Numbered from the stretch's first letter, positions 26,131 to 35,931 are shown. The stretch is DNA of 64,000 nucleotides from Myxococcota bacterium (GCA_036229005.1 JAZAMN010000024.1:96001-160000), one strand, 5' to 3'. Notes: generated by a model from the sequence alone, not told the origin. Translations and numbers: made by a program.

Positions 26131-27018
26131 TTGTCCCAGAAGACCGCACCCGAGCTCCCCGAACTGAAAGACCCCAAGCCCCGCTGGACCCACGTGGACC
26201 TCGGCAACGGCGTCAGCGCCGCTGATGACGCCTACTCCGACCGCGTCCGCTGCAAGCACCCGGACTCCCAGGTGGACGGCGCGTGGCTGGGACAGGCCTT
26301 GGTCGACAGCGCCAGCTCCTCGGGGCGGGGACGCAGCATCGTCTTCTGCAGGCAGCCCCAGGTGCCCGGGTTGGTGAGCCAGGGTTTCGGGGTCGAGGCC
26401 TGCCTCCCCTCCTTCTACAAGAACGGCCGGCCCTGCTTTGCCCTGTCCAGGCCTACGGAGGGCAGCGCTGGCAAGTCCCAGCCGGGCAGGCAGGCGCGCA
26501 AGGTGGACCGACTGTTGGCGAAGGCGCACAAGCGTCCCTCTCGTTGGCGGCAGCCGGTGGTCACGCGCAAGGCTCGGGTGACGGAGGCGGGTCGCATCGC
26601 GGCTTTGATGGGGGAGGTGTTCGAGGCCTACCCCACACCGATCGCTGCACCCTCCTACATCCAGGACCTCATGCACCACGGGACGCTCTTTCGCGTCGTC
26701 GAGGACAAGGAGGGGGAGCTTGTGGCCTGCGCGAGCGCGGAGCCCGTGGCAGGCGCCCCGGTAGCGGAGATCTCCGACTGCGCGACGGCGACCTCCCAGC
26801 GGGGCAAGGGGCTGCAGCAGGCCCTGATCAAGGACCTGATGGCCGACCTCCAGGCCAAGGGCTACCGGAGCTGCTATTCGCTGGCGCGCGCCCGGGTGCC
26901 GGGGATGAACCTGAGCCTGGCGCGTCAGGGCTTCACCCGGCGGGGGCGGATGCACCGCTACTGCCGCATCGGGACGGGCCTTGAGGACATGAACGTCTGG
27001 TCGCGCGCCCTGGCCTGA
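26131..27018 (+). CDS. ablB: putative beta-lysine N-acetyltransferase (GNAT)
   Basis: GGAGG + TTG; D.YSDRV, F..YPTPI, AEISDCAT....RGKGL, YSLARA...GMN, C.IG.G.EDMNVW. Confidence 0.75.
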   Translation: MSQKTAPELPELKDPKPRWTHVDLGNGVSAADDAYSDRVRCKHPDSQVDGAWLGQALVDSASSSGRGRSIVFCRQPQVPGLVSQGFGVEACLPSFYKNGRPCFALSRPTEGSAGKSQPGRQARKVDRLLAKAHKRPSRWRQPVVTRKARVTEAGRIAALMGEVFEAYPTPIAAPSYIQDLMHHGTLFRVVEDKEGELVACASAEPVAGAPVAEISDCATATSQRGKGLQQALIKDLMADLQAKGYRSCYSLARARVPGMNLSLARQGFTRRGRMHRYCRIGTGLEDMNVWSRALA

Positions 27019-27020
27019 GC

Positions 27021-27611
27021 TCAGGCGACCTTGCGCAGGGGCTTGGGGCTGCGCAGGCGGAAGAGGGGGGGCTCTCCCGAGCGACAGCGGCAGGCCACTG
27101 CGATCTCGAACATGCCCAGCGAGGTGTAGACCTCGTCGGCGAAGGACCAGCCGGGCTTCCAGGTGGGCCAGCGGCGGTTGACCAGGGTGATGGCCTCCCG
27201 GGCGCCGTCCAGGTCGCGGCGGTTCCAGGCAGCCACGGCGGCTTCCCAGGCCTGCAGGACGCGATCGTGCGGGCGGGTGCGGGGACCGGGCTGACCCAGG
27301 ATCTGAAGGGCGACGGCCAGAGCGACCTGCGCGGAGGCCGGAGGGACCACCTCTCGGAGGATCTCCGCGTCGAGCAGGATCTGCCAGTCCAGGTCCGAGG
27401 TGGCGCGGATCCGCACCGGCCCCGTCTCGGGGAGCAGCTCGTGGAGCTTGGAGTCCGACATCCACACGCCCTTGCGGAGTCCGGCTGGGCGCGGTCTGAC
27501 CGAGCTCACGAGCGCGAGCGTCTCCGGCAGCTCTCGACCCAACAGGGCCTCCAGTGCGCCGGGCGGACCGTCGTCCAGGATGATCAAGCGCGGTGTAGGT
27601 GCCTTGTGCAT
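27021..27611 (-). CDS. hypothetical protein
   Basis: GGGAGG RBS before ATG 27611; GC3-rich. Confidence 0.6.
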   Translation of the reverse strand: MHKAPTPRLIILDDGPPGALEALLGRELPETLALVSSVRPRPAGLRKGVWMSDSKLHELLPETGPVRIRATSDLDWQILLDAEILREVVPPASAQVALAVALQILGQPGPRTRPHDRVLQAWEAAVAAWNRRDLDGAREAITLVNRRWPTWKPGWSFADEVYTSLGMFEIAVACRCRSGEPPLFRLRSPKPLRKVA

Positions 27612-27705
27612 GAAGCCTCCCGTATGTGAAAGCCTTTCGGCGCGATCGACGCTGGCGTTAGCCGCGGGAAAGGACACAGACAGGCTGCACAGGTAGAATG
27701 CACTC

Positions 27706-28260
27706 ATGACTCGTCTTTTGATGCTGGTATTGGCTCTCTCCACCCTGGCCTTCGCGGGGGATCGCGAACAGGCCGAGCTCGAACGCTACAGCGAGGACCT
27801 CGCCACCCTGTCCGAGCGGCAGGCGTGGGAGGGCGTGGAGCGCACCTACGAGAAGATCATGGAGCTCGCCGGCGTGGACATCCCGCGGGAAGTCCACATG
27901 CAGGGCGCGCACGCGGCCCGCGCGACCGGGGACATGTCCGCCGTCCTGGAGCGCCTGGAGCGCGCCCAGGAGGTGGAGAAGGACGACGAGACCGCGCAGT
28001 GGATCAACGAGATCAACCAGAGCTACTCCCGGGTCGAGCTGATCGTGCCCAAGGGCGTCGTGCTGGTGCCCGAGATGATGCCCTTCGCGCCGGATCAGCG
28101 GCTGCAGGTCGAGAAGGCCGCGCAGGCGCTCAAGGATGAGGGCCAGTTCTCCGGGCTGCTCCCGGTCGGCAACTACACCCTGGGCGGCGTCGGGTTCGAG
28201 GTCGTCGCCGGGATCACGGCCAAGGTCGAGCTCTCCGGTCGCGAGCTGCGGAAGCAGTGA
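27706..28260 (+). CDS. exported hypothetical protein (TPR-like helices)
   Basis: signal peptide MTRLLMLVLALSTLAFA; coupled to the next gene. Confidence 0.75.
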   Translation: MTRLLMLVLALSTLAFAGDREQAELERYSEDLATLSERQAWEGVERTYEKIMELAGVDIPREVHMQGAHAARATGDMSAVLERLERAQEVEKDDETAQWINEINQSYSRVELIVPKGVVLVPEMMPFAPDQRLQVEKAAQALKDEGQFSGLLPVGNYTLGGVGFEVVAGITAKVELSGRELRKQ

Positions 28261-29747
28261 TGTTCCTGGCCCTGCTGCTCGGGTCCGCGGTCGCGGAGGC
28301 CCAGACCGCCCGCGATGAGTTCGGGTTCACCGTCACCCTCTCCGGGGGCGGCTACATCACGGACCCCGACGAGAACATCCAGACCTCGTGGACCGTGAAC
28401 CCCCGCGTCGGGTACAGCCTGACCCGCTCGCTGCACCTGGAGGCCCACAGCGGCTGGATGCAGAACGAGACCCGCGGTTGGGGCTACCGCTACGACGCCT
28501 TGACCCCTCGCCTGGACCTGCTCTGGCTGATCAACCCCGAGCTGCCAGTGATCCCCTTCCTGGCGGCTGGCCCCGGCATGTACTGGGTGCGGGTGAACCG
28601 CCTGGAGGACTCGCAGGAGGAGCAGGAGTTCCCCGGCTCCAACCTGGGCAACTACAAGAACCCCGACCAGGACCTGCTGCTCAACATCGGGCCGGGGCTG
28701 CTCATCCCCCTGGCTGGGGCCATGTCGCTGCGCCTGGACGCCCGCTACATCTACACCCTGGGGCAGGAGCCCTACGCCGGCCACGACGACCTCTACAACA
28801 ACCTGGAGCTCACCGCGGGCTTCATGTTCCGGGCCGCCGAGCGCAACCGGGACGCTGACGGCGACTCGATCCTGGACAAGTACGACACCTGCCCGGAGAA
28901 GCCCGAGGACTGGGACACCTGGGAGGACGAGGACGGCTGCCCCGACCCCGACAACGACGGGGACGGCGTGGCGGACATCGACGATGACTGCCCGCTGGAC
29001 GCCGAGGACATGGATGGCTTCCAGGACGGCGACGGCTGCCCCGAGTGGGACAACGACAACGACGGGATCCCCGACGATCTGGACCAGTGCGCGACCCGCC
29101 GCGAGGACCAGGACGGCTACCGGGACGACGACGGCTGCCCGGACACCGACAACGACGGCGACGGCATCCCCGACCTGAACGACCGCTGCCCCAACCACCC
29201 CGAGGACATCGACTCCTTCCAGGACGACGACGGGTGTGAGGACGGCGACAACGACGGGGACGGCCTGCCGGATGGCCTGGATAGCTGCCCCTTCGACGCC
29301 GAGATCTACAACGGCCACGAAGACGAGGACGGCTGCCCGGACGAGACCCCCAAGGAGATCGAGCGCTTCACGGGCGTGATCCACGGGGTGAACTTCGAGG
29401 TCAACTCCGACAAGATCACCGTCGAGAGCTACCGCATCCTGGACGAGGCCGCCGCGGTGCTGCTCAAGTACCCCGAGCTGCGCATCGAGGTGCAGGGTCA
29501 CACCGACTCCGACGGCAGCGAGGAGTCCAACTTCGACCTGTCCGACCGCCGCGCCGAGTCCGTGGTCCGCTACCTGGTGGGCCGCGGGGTGGCTGCCGAG
29601 CGCCTGACCTGGATGGGCTACGGCGAGAGCCGCCCGCTGGTCGGCAACGACAGCGCCGAGGGCAAGGCCATCAACCGCCGCGTGGAGTTCCACCTGGTGG
29701 GGGAGGCCCAGCAGGAGGCCTCTCGGGAGGAGGACGCCGGCTACTGA
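28257..29747 (+). CDS. OmpA family protein with beta-barrel and thrombospondin type 3 repeats
   Basis: signal peptide; repeated DxDGDG..D..DxCP..PED.D.FxDxDGCP; IEVQGHTD, NFDLS.RRA, GYGE, NRRVEF. Confidence 0.9.
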   Translation: MMFLALLLGSAVAEAQTARDEFGFTVTLSGGGYITDPDENIQTSWTVNPRVGYSLTRSLHLEAHSGWMQNETRGWGYRYDALTPRLDLLWLINPELPVIPFLAAGPGMYWVRVNRLEDSQEEQEFPGSNLGNYKNPDQDLLLNIGPGLLIPLAGAMSLRLDARYIYTLGQEPYAGHDDLYNNLELTAGFMFRAAERNRDADGDSILDKYDTCPEKPEDWDTWEDEDGCPDPDNDGDGVADIDDDCPLDAEDMDGFQDGDGCPEWDNDNDGIPDDLDQCATRREDQDGYRDDDGCPDTDNDGDGIPDLNDRCPNHPEDIDSFQDDDGCEDGDNDGDGLPDGLDSCPFDAEIYNGHEDEDGCPDETPKEIERFTGVIHGVNFEVNSDKITVESYRILDEAAAVLLKYPELRIEVQGHTDSDGSEESNFDLSDRRAESVVRYLVGRGVAAERLTWMGYGESRPLVGNDSAEGKAINRRVEFHLVGEAQQEASREEDAGY

Positions 29748-29754
29748 GGGCGCC

Positions 29755-30465
29755 TCAGGTGAAGCGCTCCCAGTTGCCGTTGATCAGCCGCTCGTTGGGC
29801 TTGAAGCGCGACTTGTAGTTGAGCTGCGCGCAGCCCTGCACGTAGAGCCCCAGGTAGTAGTGCTCAAAGCCGCGCTGCCGCAGCCACGAGATCTCGGCCA
29901 GCACCGAGAAAGTGCCCAGGCTGCGTCGCTCCAACTCCGGGTCGAAGTAGAAGTACACGGACGAGGCGTCCTTCTCCCCGACGTCCAGGATCCCCACGCC
30001 GACGAGCTTGCCGTCCAGCAGGTAGCGGGTCTCGATGGTGTGGGTGCAGGTGGTCACCAGCCAGTGCCGGTAGTGCTCTGCGCTGGTCGGCGTGTCCGCC
30101 AGGTCCCGCAGCAGCTTGTGCTTGTTGAAGAGCTCCAGGTGCTCCTGATCGACCACCGGGGCCCCCGCCAGCACCTGCAGATCGGCGTTCCGCCGGATGA
30201 TCCGCCGCTGGCTCTTTGAGGGCTTGAAGTCTGCGATGGGCACCCGGATCCCCTGGCACTCCCGGCACGACGGGCAGCTCGGCCGGTAGAGGCTGCGGCC
30301 CACCCGCCGGTCCGAGCTGGCGAGCAGCGCGTCGTAGTCCTGGGCGGCGATGTTCTGCCGGTACCAGCGCAGGGGGAGCACCGCCGTTCGGCCCTCCAGG
30401 TAGGGGCAGGGGTGCGGAGTCGCGTCGATGGGGATGCCCTGCGGGGGGCCGTCCAAGCTCGCCAT
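29755..30465 (-). CDS. arginyl-tRNA-protein transferase family (ATE/Bpt)
   Basis: HPCPYL.GR, RR.G..LYRP.C..C..C..IR, SSVYFYFDP, SLGTFSVL, YYLG.Y...C..LNYK. Confidence 0.9.
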   Translation of the reverse strand: MASLDGPPQGIPIDATPHPCPYLEGRTAVLPLRWYRQNIAAQDYDALLASSDRRVGRSLYRPSCPSCRECQGIRVPIADFKPSKSQRRIIRRNADLQVLAGAPVVDQEHLELFNKHKLLRDLADTPTSAEHYRHWLVTTCTHTIETRYLLDGKLVGVGILDVGEKDASSVYFYFDPELERRSLGTFSVLAEISWLRQRGFEHYYLGLYVQGCAQLNYKSRFKPNERLINGNWERFT

Positions 30466-30514
30466 GGCGTTCACTGTATCCCAGCCACAGGGCCGGGCTC
30501 GGTCTCGGTGCGGG

Positions 30515-31168
30515 TCATCGGCGCGTGAGCACCTGCTCCAGAGCCTTGCGCTGGAGGTCGGGGACCTTGACGTCCGGGGCGGGGTGGCCCACCGCCAGCA
30601 GCAGCCAGGCGCGCTCTCCAGCGGGCCGCTCCAGGATGTCCTTGAGGAACTTCATGGGGCTGGGGGTGTGGGTGACCGCCACCAGGTTGGCGCGGTTGAT
30701 CGCCGCCAGCAGCATGCCCGTCGCCAGGCCCACGGACTCGGTGACGTAGTAGTTCTTGCCCTGCTCCCCCTGGTTCACCGCGAACACCGCGATCAGCCAG
30801 GGTGCCTCGGTCAGGTAGGGCTTGTTCGCGTCGGTGTTGAAGGGCTTGAGGGCCTGCTTCCAGGTGTCCGGGAAGCGGCTCTCGTAGTTCCGCCGCTCCT
30901 CCTGCTCGGCGGCCTCACGGATCTGGGCCTTGAGCGCCGGGTCCTGGATGGCCACGAAGTGCCAGGGCTGCCGGTGTGCCCCCGAGGGCGCCGTGCTCGC
31001 GGCCTGGACGCAGGCTTGAATGACCTCGAAGGGGATGGGGTCGGTGGAGAAGCGCCGGACCGTCCGACGCAGCGCCAGCTCGTCCCCCAGGCTGCGCACG
31101 CGCTGCAGCATCTCCTGGTCATCCAGCTTCTCCCGACGGTACGGGATCCAGTCTTCGGGTTCGTCCAC
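30515..31168 (-). CDS. nitroreductase family, iodotyrosine deiodinase-like
   Basis: AAGGAG + GTG; RRTVRRFS, TAPSGAHRQPW, IREAAE.EE..NY, W...L.P..TD..KPYL..AP.LI, YY..ESVG.A.G, THTPSP. Confidence 0.8.
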   Translation of the reverse strand: MDEPEDWIPYRREKLDDQEMLQRVRSLGDELALRRTVRRFSTDPIPFEVIQACVQAASTAPSGAHRQPWHFVAIQDPALKAQIREAAEQEERRNYESRFPDTWKQALKPFNTDANKPYLTEAPWLIAVFAVNQGEQGKNYYVTESVGLATGMLLAAINRANLVAVTHTPSPMKFLKDILERPAGERAWLLLAVGHPAPDVKVPDLQRKALEQVLTRR

Positions 31169-31213
31169 GGCAGCTCCTTGTGGCTTGCGGTAGCCTGCAC
31201 GGACGGAGTGTGC

Positions 31214-31909
31214 ATGTCGCTGCAGATCCTTCACCGCAAGGACCACACCCAGCTCCTGCTGGATCGCCCCCACCGCGCAAACGCCTACGACCGCGCGACC
31301 CTGGAGCGCCTCTCCGCCGCCCTGTCCGATCGCAAGCAGCCTGTCCTCGTTGTCGGCAGCATGGGTGACGGGGCTTTCTGTGCGGGCGCCGATCTCAAAG
31401 AGGTGGGCCACGCAGCCCCCGAAGACGCCCTGGACCTCTTCTCCCAGAAGGTCTTCGCGCAGCTCGCGGCCTTCCCGGGGGTCACCATCGCGGCGGTAGG
31501 TGGGCCCGCGGTCGCTGGGGGATGTGAGCTCGCGCTGGCCTGTGATCTGCGCATCGCCGGGCCCAAGGCGCGCTTCCAGCTCCCCGAGACGGCCCTGGGG
31601 CTCATCCCTGCGGCGGGGGGCTGCAGCCGGCTCCCGACCTTGATCGGAGTGGGGAGGGCGAAGGAGATGGTCCTGCTTGGACGCAGCATCGATGGGCCCA
31701 CCGCTCTGGCCTGGGGGTTGGTCAACCAGCTCGTGGACGACCCCTTGGCCGCAGCCGAGGACATGGCGTCCCAACTCGCTCAGCGCGACCCGCTTGCGCT
31801 GCGCCTGGCCAAGGAGATCCTGAGCCCCGAGCTGGCGGGCTCGCTGGCCCGGGAGCGCGTCAGCGAGGCGCTGCTCTACGGGCGCCGCAACGGCGGGGAG
31901 TCCGCATGA
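31214..31909 (+). CDS. enoyl-CoA hydratase/isomerase family protein
   Basis: AFCAGADL, AVAGGCELALACDLRIA, LPET.LGLIP.AGG. Confidence 0.9.
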   Translation: MSLQILHRKDHTQLLLDRPHRANAYDRATLERLSAALSDRKQPVLVVGSMGDGAFCAGADLKEVGHAAPEDALDLFSQKVFAQLAAFPGVTIAAVGGPAVAGGCELALACDLRIAGPKARFQLPETALGLIPAAGGCSRLPTLIGVGRAKEMVLLGRSIDGPTALAWGLVNQLVDDPLAAAEDMASQLAQRDPLALRLAKEILSPELAGSLARERVSEALLYGRRNGGESA

Positions 31910-33411
31910 GGGGCGCGGTCGCAGGAGGGAACACGGACACCGTCGCGGCGGGGATGCGGGCCTTCGAGCTTGGCGGGAACGCCACGGACGCCGCTGTGGC
32001 GGCCACCTTGATGGCCTGCGTTTCGGAGCCGCTGCTCACCGGACTGGGGGGCGGGGGCCTGGCGATGGTCAACATGGACCGGCGCACCCAGGTGCTGGAC
32101 TTCTTCGGCACCATGCCGGGGCTGGATGGGCGGGCCCACGGGCAGATGCGGGGCATCGACGTGGACTTTGGGCCGGTCACCCAGCGCTTCCTGGCGGGGC
32201 CCGCGAGCGTGTGTGTGCCGGGCATGCCCCAGGGGATCTGGGAGCTGCACCAGCGGCACGGGACCCTGCCGCTCCCCCAGCTCGCCGAGCCCGCCGTGGC
32301 CGCCTGCTCAGAGGGCGTCCGCGTGAGCTTCGGCACCCAGCGCAGCGCCGTGCTGCTCTGGGAGATCCTCCAGATGACCGAGCTGTCTGCCGAGCTCTTT
32401 GGGCGCCCGGACGGGAAGGGCGGCCGCCGGCCGCTGATGGAGGGGGACACCTTCTACAACCCGGCGCTGGGGCCCACGCTGGAGCGGCTGGCGCACGAAG
32501 GGCCCGGCTTCCTGGCCCAAGGGGAGGGCGCGGAGGCGATGCTGCGCTGCCTGGGCCAAGGCTCGGCGCTGGGGCCACGGGACCTGGCGGAGTATCGGGC
32601 GCTCTGGACCGAGCCCCTGCGTCTGGACTACCGGGGCGCCCGCATCCGGGTGCCCGCCGCGCCTTGCCAGGGGGGCTTCCAGGTCTTCCACGCCCTGCAG
32701 GCGCTGGGTGCGCAGCCCACCCCCGAGCCCTTCTCGGTGGCGCAGATCCAGGCCGTGAGCGCAGCCCAGCACCGCGCGGAGCAGGCGCTGCCCGCGGATC
32801 TCGCGGACCACCTCTTTGGGGCGGAGTTCCCCAGAGGCTACCTGGGGTCCGGCTACACCACCCACACCTCGACGGTGGACGAGAGCGGCAACGCAGTTGC
32901 CATCACGAGCTCGCTGGGGGAGACCAGTGGCTGGGTTGTGCCCGAGACCGGGATCGCGACCAACAACTTCCTCGGAGAAGCCGACGTAAACCCGCCCGGA
33001 CACCCCAGACCGGCAGGGGAGCGCCTGCTGACCATGTGCACCCCGACCCTGATCCACCGCGGAGAGGACGTCGTCGCCATGGGAGCCGGGGGCAGCTCGC
33101 GGATCCGCAGCGCCGTGCTGCACGGGATCCTGTACGCGGTGGACCACGACCTCGCGCCCGCCGAGATCCCCTCCCGCCCGCGCCTGCACATGCAGGATGG
33201 GGTGCTGCGCCTGGAGAGCTTCGAGCGGCCGGCCCAGACCGTGGCGGCCATCCAGGCGGCGGACCCTGGACTGGTGCTCTTCCCCGAGTACTCGATGTAC
33301 ATGGGCGGCCTGCACGTCGCGGGGCTTTGGCGGGGCAGGCTCTCAGCGGGCGGAGACCCCCGCCGATCGGGCAGCGCGGATGTGCTGGACGGCGCACCAG
33401 GGCAAGGCTGA
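31906..33411 (+). CDS. gamma-glutamyltransferase family protein
   Basis: GGNA.DAAVA, TGLGGGG, VPG, TTH.S.VD..GNAV.IT.S, GAGGS.RI, DPRR. Confidence 0.85.
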   Translation: MRGAVAGGNTDTVAAGMRAFELGGNATDAAVAATLMACVSEPLLTGLGGGGLAMVNMDRRTQVLDFFGTMPGLDGRAHGQMRGIDVDFGPVTQRFLAGPASVCVPGMPQGIWELHQRHGTLPLPQLAEPAVAACSEGVRVSFGTQRSAVLLWEILQMTELSAELFGRPDGKGGRRPLMEGDTFYNPALGPTLERLAHEGPGFLAQGEGAEAMLRCLGQGSALGPRDLAEYRALWTEPLRLDYRGARIRVPAAPCQGGFQVFHALQALGAQPTPEPFSVAQIQAVSAAQHRAEQALPADLADHLFGAEFPRGYLGSGYTTHTSTVDESGNAVAITSSLGETSGWVVPETGIATNNFLGEADVNPPGHPRPAGERLLTMCTPTLIHRGEDVVAMGAGGSSRIRSAVLHGILYAVDHDLAPAEIPSRPRLHMQDGVLRLESFERPAQTVAAIQAADPGLVLFPEYSMYMGGLHVAGLWRGRLSAGGDPRRSGSADVLDGAPGQG

Positions 33412-33429
33412 AGGACTACACTGAGCACG

Positions 33430-34488
33430 ATGTTGGATCTCTCGCCCCGCCTGCTCTCCGTCGCCACGGCCAACCCGCCGGAGCGCTACACCCAGGAGGA
33501 CATCGCCGAGCGCTTTGAGATCCCGGACCCGCGGGTGCGCGCGCTCTTCAAGTCGGGGCACATCCACACGCGGCACCTGTATCTGCCGCCCGCCAACGAG
33601 CATGGCGCTCCGGAAGAGTCCCAGGGCGAGCTGCTGGCCAAGCACCTGCGCGGCGCTCTGGAGATCGGCCCCCAGGCGGTGGAGCGCTGCCTTGCGCCCA
33701 TGGGCCTGGGCGTGCAGGACATCGACTACCTGTGCTGCATCACCACCACCGGCTTCATGGCCCCGGGGCTCACCGCCCACATCATGAAGCACATGGGCTT
33801 CCGCGAGGACTGCAGCCGCGCGGACATCGTCGGCATGGGATGCAACGCCGGCCTCAACGGCCTGAACCCGGTCACCGCCTGGGCCCGCGCCAACCCCGGC
33901 AAGAACGCCCTGATGCTCTGCATCGAGGTCTGCTCGGCCGCCTACGTGTTCGACGGCACCATGCGCACGGCCATCGTGAACTCGCTGTTCGGGGACGGGG
34001 CCGCCGCGGTGCTGGTGCGGGCCGATCCCGCCGACGACAAGCGCTTCGCCCCCCGGGTGCTGGGCTTCAACTCCCAGATCATCACGCCGGCGATCGGCGC
34101 CATGCGCTACGACTGGGACCAGTCCGCTGGAAAGTTCAGCTTCTTCCTGGATCGGGACATCCCCTATGTGGTGGGTGCCCACGCCGAGAAGCCCGTCGAC
34201 CGCCTGCTCGGCGCCCACGGCCTCAAGCGCCGCGACATCAGCCACTGGGTGGTGCACAGCGGCGGCAAGAAGGTGGTCGACGCCATCAAGTACAACGTGG
34301 GCCTGAGCGCCTACGACGTCCGGCACACGACCACCGTGCTGCGCGACTTTGGCAACCTGTCCAGCGGCAGCTTCCTGTTCTCCTTCAAGCGTCTGCTGGA
34401 GGAGGGCAAGGTCCGCCGCGGAGACTACGGCGTGCTGATGACCATGGGGCCCGGCTCCACCATCGAGACCGCGCTGATCCGCTGGTAG
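33430..34488 (+). CDS. dpgA: type III PKS, 3,5-dihydroxyphenylacetyl-CoA synthase-like
   Basis: DIVGMGCNAGLNGLN, IEVCSAAYVFDGTMRTAIVNSLFGDG, AMRYDWD...GKFSFFLD..IPYVVG, HSGGKKV, GNLSSGSFLFS. Confidence 0.85.
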   Translation: MLDLSPRLLSVATANPPERYTQEDIAERFEIPDPRVRALFKSGHIHTRHLYLPPANEHGAPEESQGELLAKHLRGALEIGPQAVERCLAPMGLGVQDIDYLCCITTTGFMAPGLTAHIMKHMGFREDCSRADIVGMGCNAGLNGLNPVTAWARANPGKNALMLCIEVCSAAYVFDGTMRTAIVNSLFGDGAAAVLVRADPADDKRFAPRVLGFNSQIITPAIGAMRYDWDQSAGKFSFFLDRDIPYVVGAHAEKPVDRLLGAHGLKRRDISHWVVHSGGKKVVDAIKYNVGLSAYDVRHTTTVLRDFGNLSSGSFLFSFKRLLEEGKVRRGDYGVLMTMGPGSTIETALIRW

Positions 34489-34509
34489 CCCCACCCCCTG
34501 GAGTCCCCC

Positions 34510-35253
34510 ATGTACGAGACCCTGCGCTACACCGAGGCCGATGGCGTCGCCACCGTGACCCTGGCCCGCTCCGGCGGCAACCGCATCTCCATGCAGATGG
34601 TCCGGGAGCTCACCGCCGTCTGCAACCACCTGGAGGACAGCTCCCAGGCCGAGACCGTGGTGTTCCGCGGACAGGGCGCGCACTTCTGCCAGGGCATCGA
34701 CTTTCAGGACTTCGACCCCAAGGCGCCGATGGACATCCACGGCTTCAACAAGTGGGAGAAGTGCGTCACCCGCATCGAGCGCCTGCCCAAGTCCACCATC
34801 GCTCTGGTGCAGGGGCAGGCGGTGGGGGGCGGTCTGCAGCTCGCCCTGGTCTGTGATCAGCGCATCGCGGCCCACGACGCGGTCTTCCAGGCGCCCGAGG
34901 TGAAGCTGGGTTTCCTGCCCGGCATGGCCACCTTCAGGCTCTCCAAGTACGTGGGGCTCGGCATCGCGAAGCGGCTGCTGCTCACCTGCGAGGACATCTC
35001 AGCGCAGGCCGCCCTGTCCTACGGCCTGGTGGATCTGGTGGTGCACGACCTGGAGCAGGGGCTGGCCACCGCGCTCGAGCGCCTGGGCCCCAACCACAGC
35101 GTCGCCATCGCGCTGACCCGCCGCCTGCTCAACGAGAGCTACGCCACCGAGTACGAGAACGCCCTGGGGCACTTCCTGGCCGCCCAGCACCGGGCCATCT
35201 CCCAGACGGCCTTCCTGGACACCCTCAAGGCCGCCCACAAGAGCAGCGACTGA
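34510..35253 (+). CDS. crotonase (DpgB/DpgD-like enoyl-CoA hydratase)
   Basis: 'NKWEK...RIERL...TIA' DpgB-like segment; GGGLQLAL..D.RIA, PEVKLGFLPGMA; adjacent to dpgA. Confidence 0.8.
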   Translation: MYETLRYTEADGVATVTLARSGGNRISMQMVRELTAVCNHLEDSSQAETVVFRGQGAHFCQGIDFQDFDPKAPMDIHGFNKWEKCVTRIERLPKSTIALVQGQAVGGGLQLALVCDQRIAAHDAVFQAPEVKLGFLPGMATFRLSKYVGLGIAKRLLLTCEDISAQAALSYGLVDLVVHDLEQGLATALERLGPNHSVAIALTRRLLNESYATEYENALGHFLAAQHRAISQTAFLDTLKAAHKSSD

Positions 35254-35256
35254 GCC

Positions 35257-35931
35257 GTGCCGGTCAAGCCCTTCACCCCCGATCCGGAGATCATGGAGCG
35301 CATCCGCCCCATGATGCACATCGACGCCGAGCCCGTGGCCCGGCTGCACCACGCCGCCATGGGCAACAGCCTGTGGGCCCAGCTCGGCGTGCCCTTCCTG
35401 GAGGCGCTCTACAAGGCGCTGATGGCCGACCGGCGCTTCATGGGCTTTGTCTACCTGGAGCAGGGGCGCGTGCGCGGCTTCATCGCCGGGAGCCTGGACA
35501 CCCAGGCCATGATGGACGCCACCTTTGCCCGCGCGAAGGTCCCGCTGGCCTTGGCCGCGGGGCCGGGGGTGCTCCGGTCACCTCGCACGATCCCCAAGCT
35601 GCTGCAGACCTTCCGGTACAAGGAGGTGTCCGGTGTTGGGGGCGAGATCCCGGGGGAGTCCCTGTTCATCTCCTTTGAGCCGGACCTGCGCGGACGCGGC
35701 GCGGCCAAGCACATCAACAAGGTGCTGTTCGACGAGCTGCTCGCCCGCGGACACCAGCGGGTGAAGATCACCACCGAGCTGGACAACGAGCCCGCCAACC
35801 GCCAGCTCCAGAGCTGGGGCTTCCAGGACAGCGGCCACTTCTCGTTCTACGGGAAGGAGATGGTCTGCTACGTGCTGGAGCTGGCGTCCAGCCCGCGGGT
35901 CGACCCGGTGAGCCGACACCCCACGGTCTGA
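35257..35931 (+). CDS. GNAT family N-acetyltransferase
   Basis: VRGFIAG, PDLRGRG.A, N..AN...Q.WGF. Confidence 0.75.
   Translation: MPVKPFTPDPEIMERIRPMMHIDAEPVARLHHAAMGNSLWAQLGVPFLEALYKALMADRRFMGFVYLEQGRVRGFIAGSLDTQAMMDATFARAKVPLALAAGPGVLRSPRTIPKLLQTFRYKEVSGVGGEIPGESLFISFEPDLRGRGAAKHINKVLFDELLARGHQRVKITTELDNEPANRQLQSWGFQDSGHFSFYGKEMVCYVLELASSPRVDPVSRHPTV

Noticed and set aside
27706..29747. traAB kin-recognition locus
   Set aside because: The OmpA-TSP3 protein has a TraB-like layout, but the upstream gene lacks TraA features (PA14-like domain, Cys-rich repeats, MYXO-CTERM).
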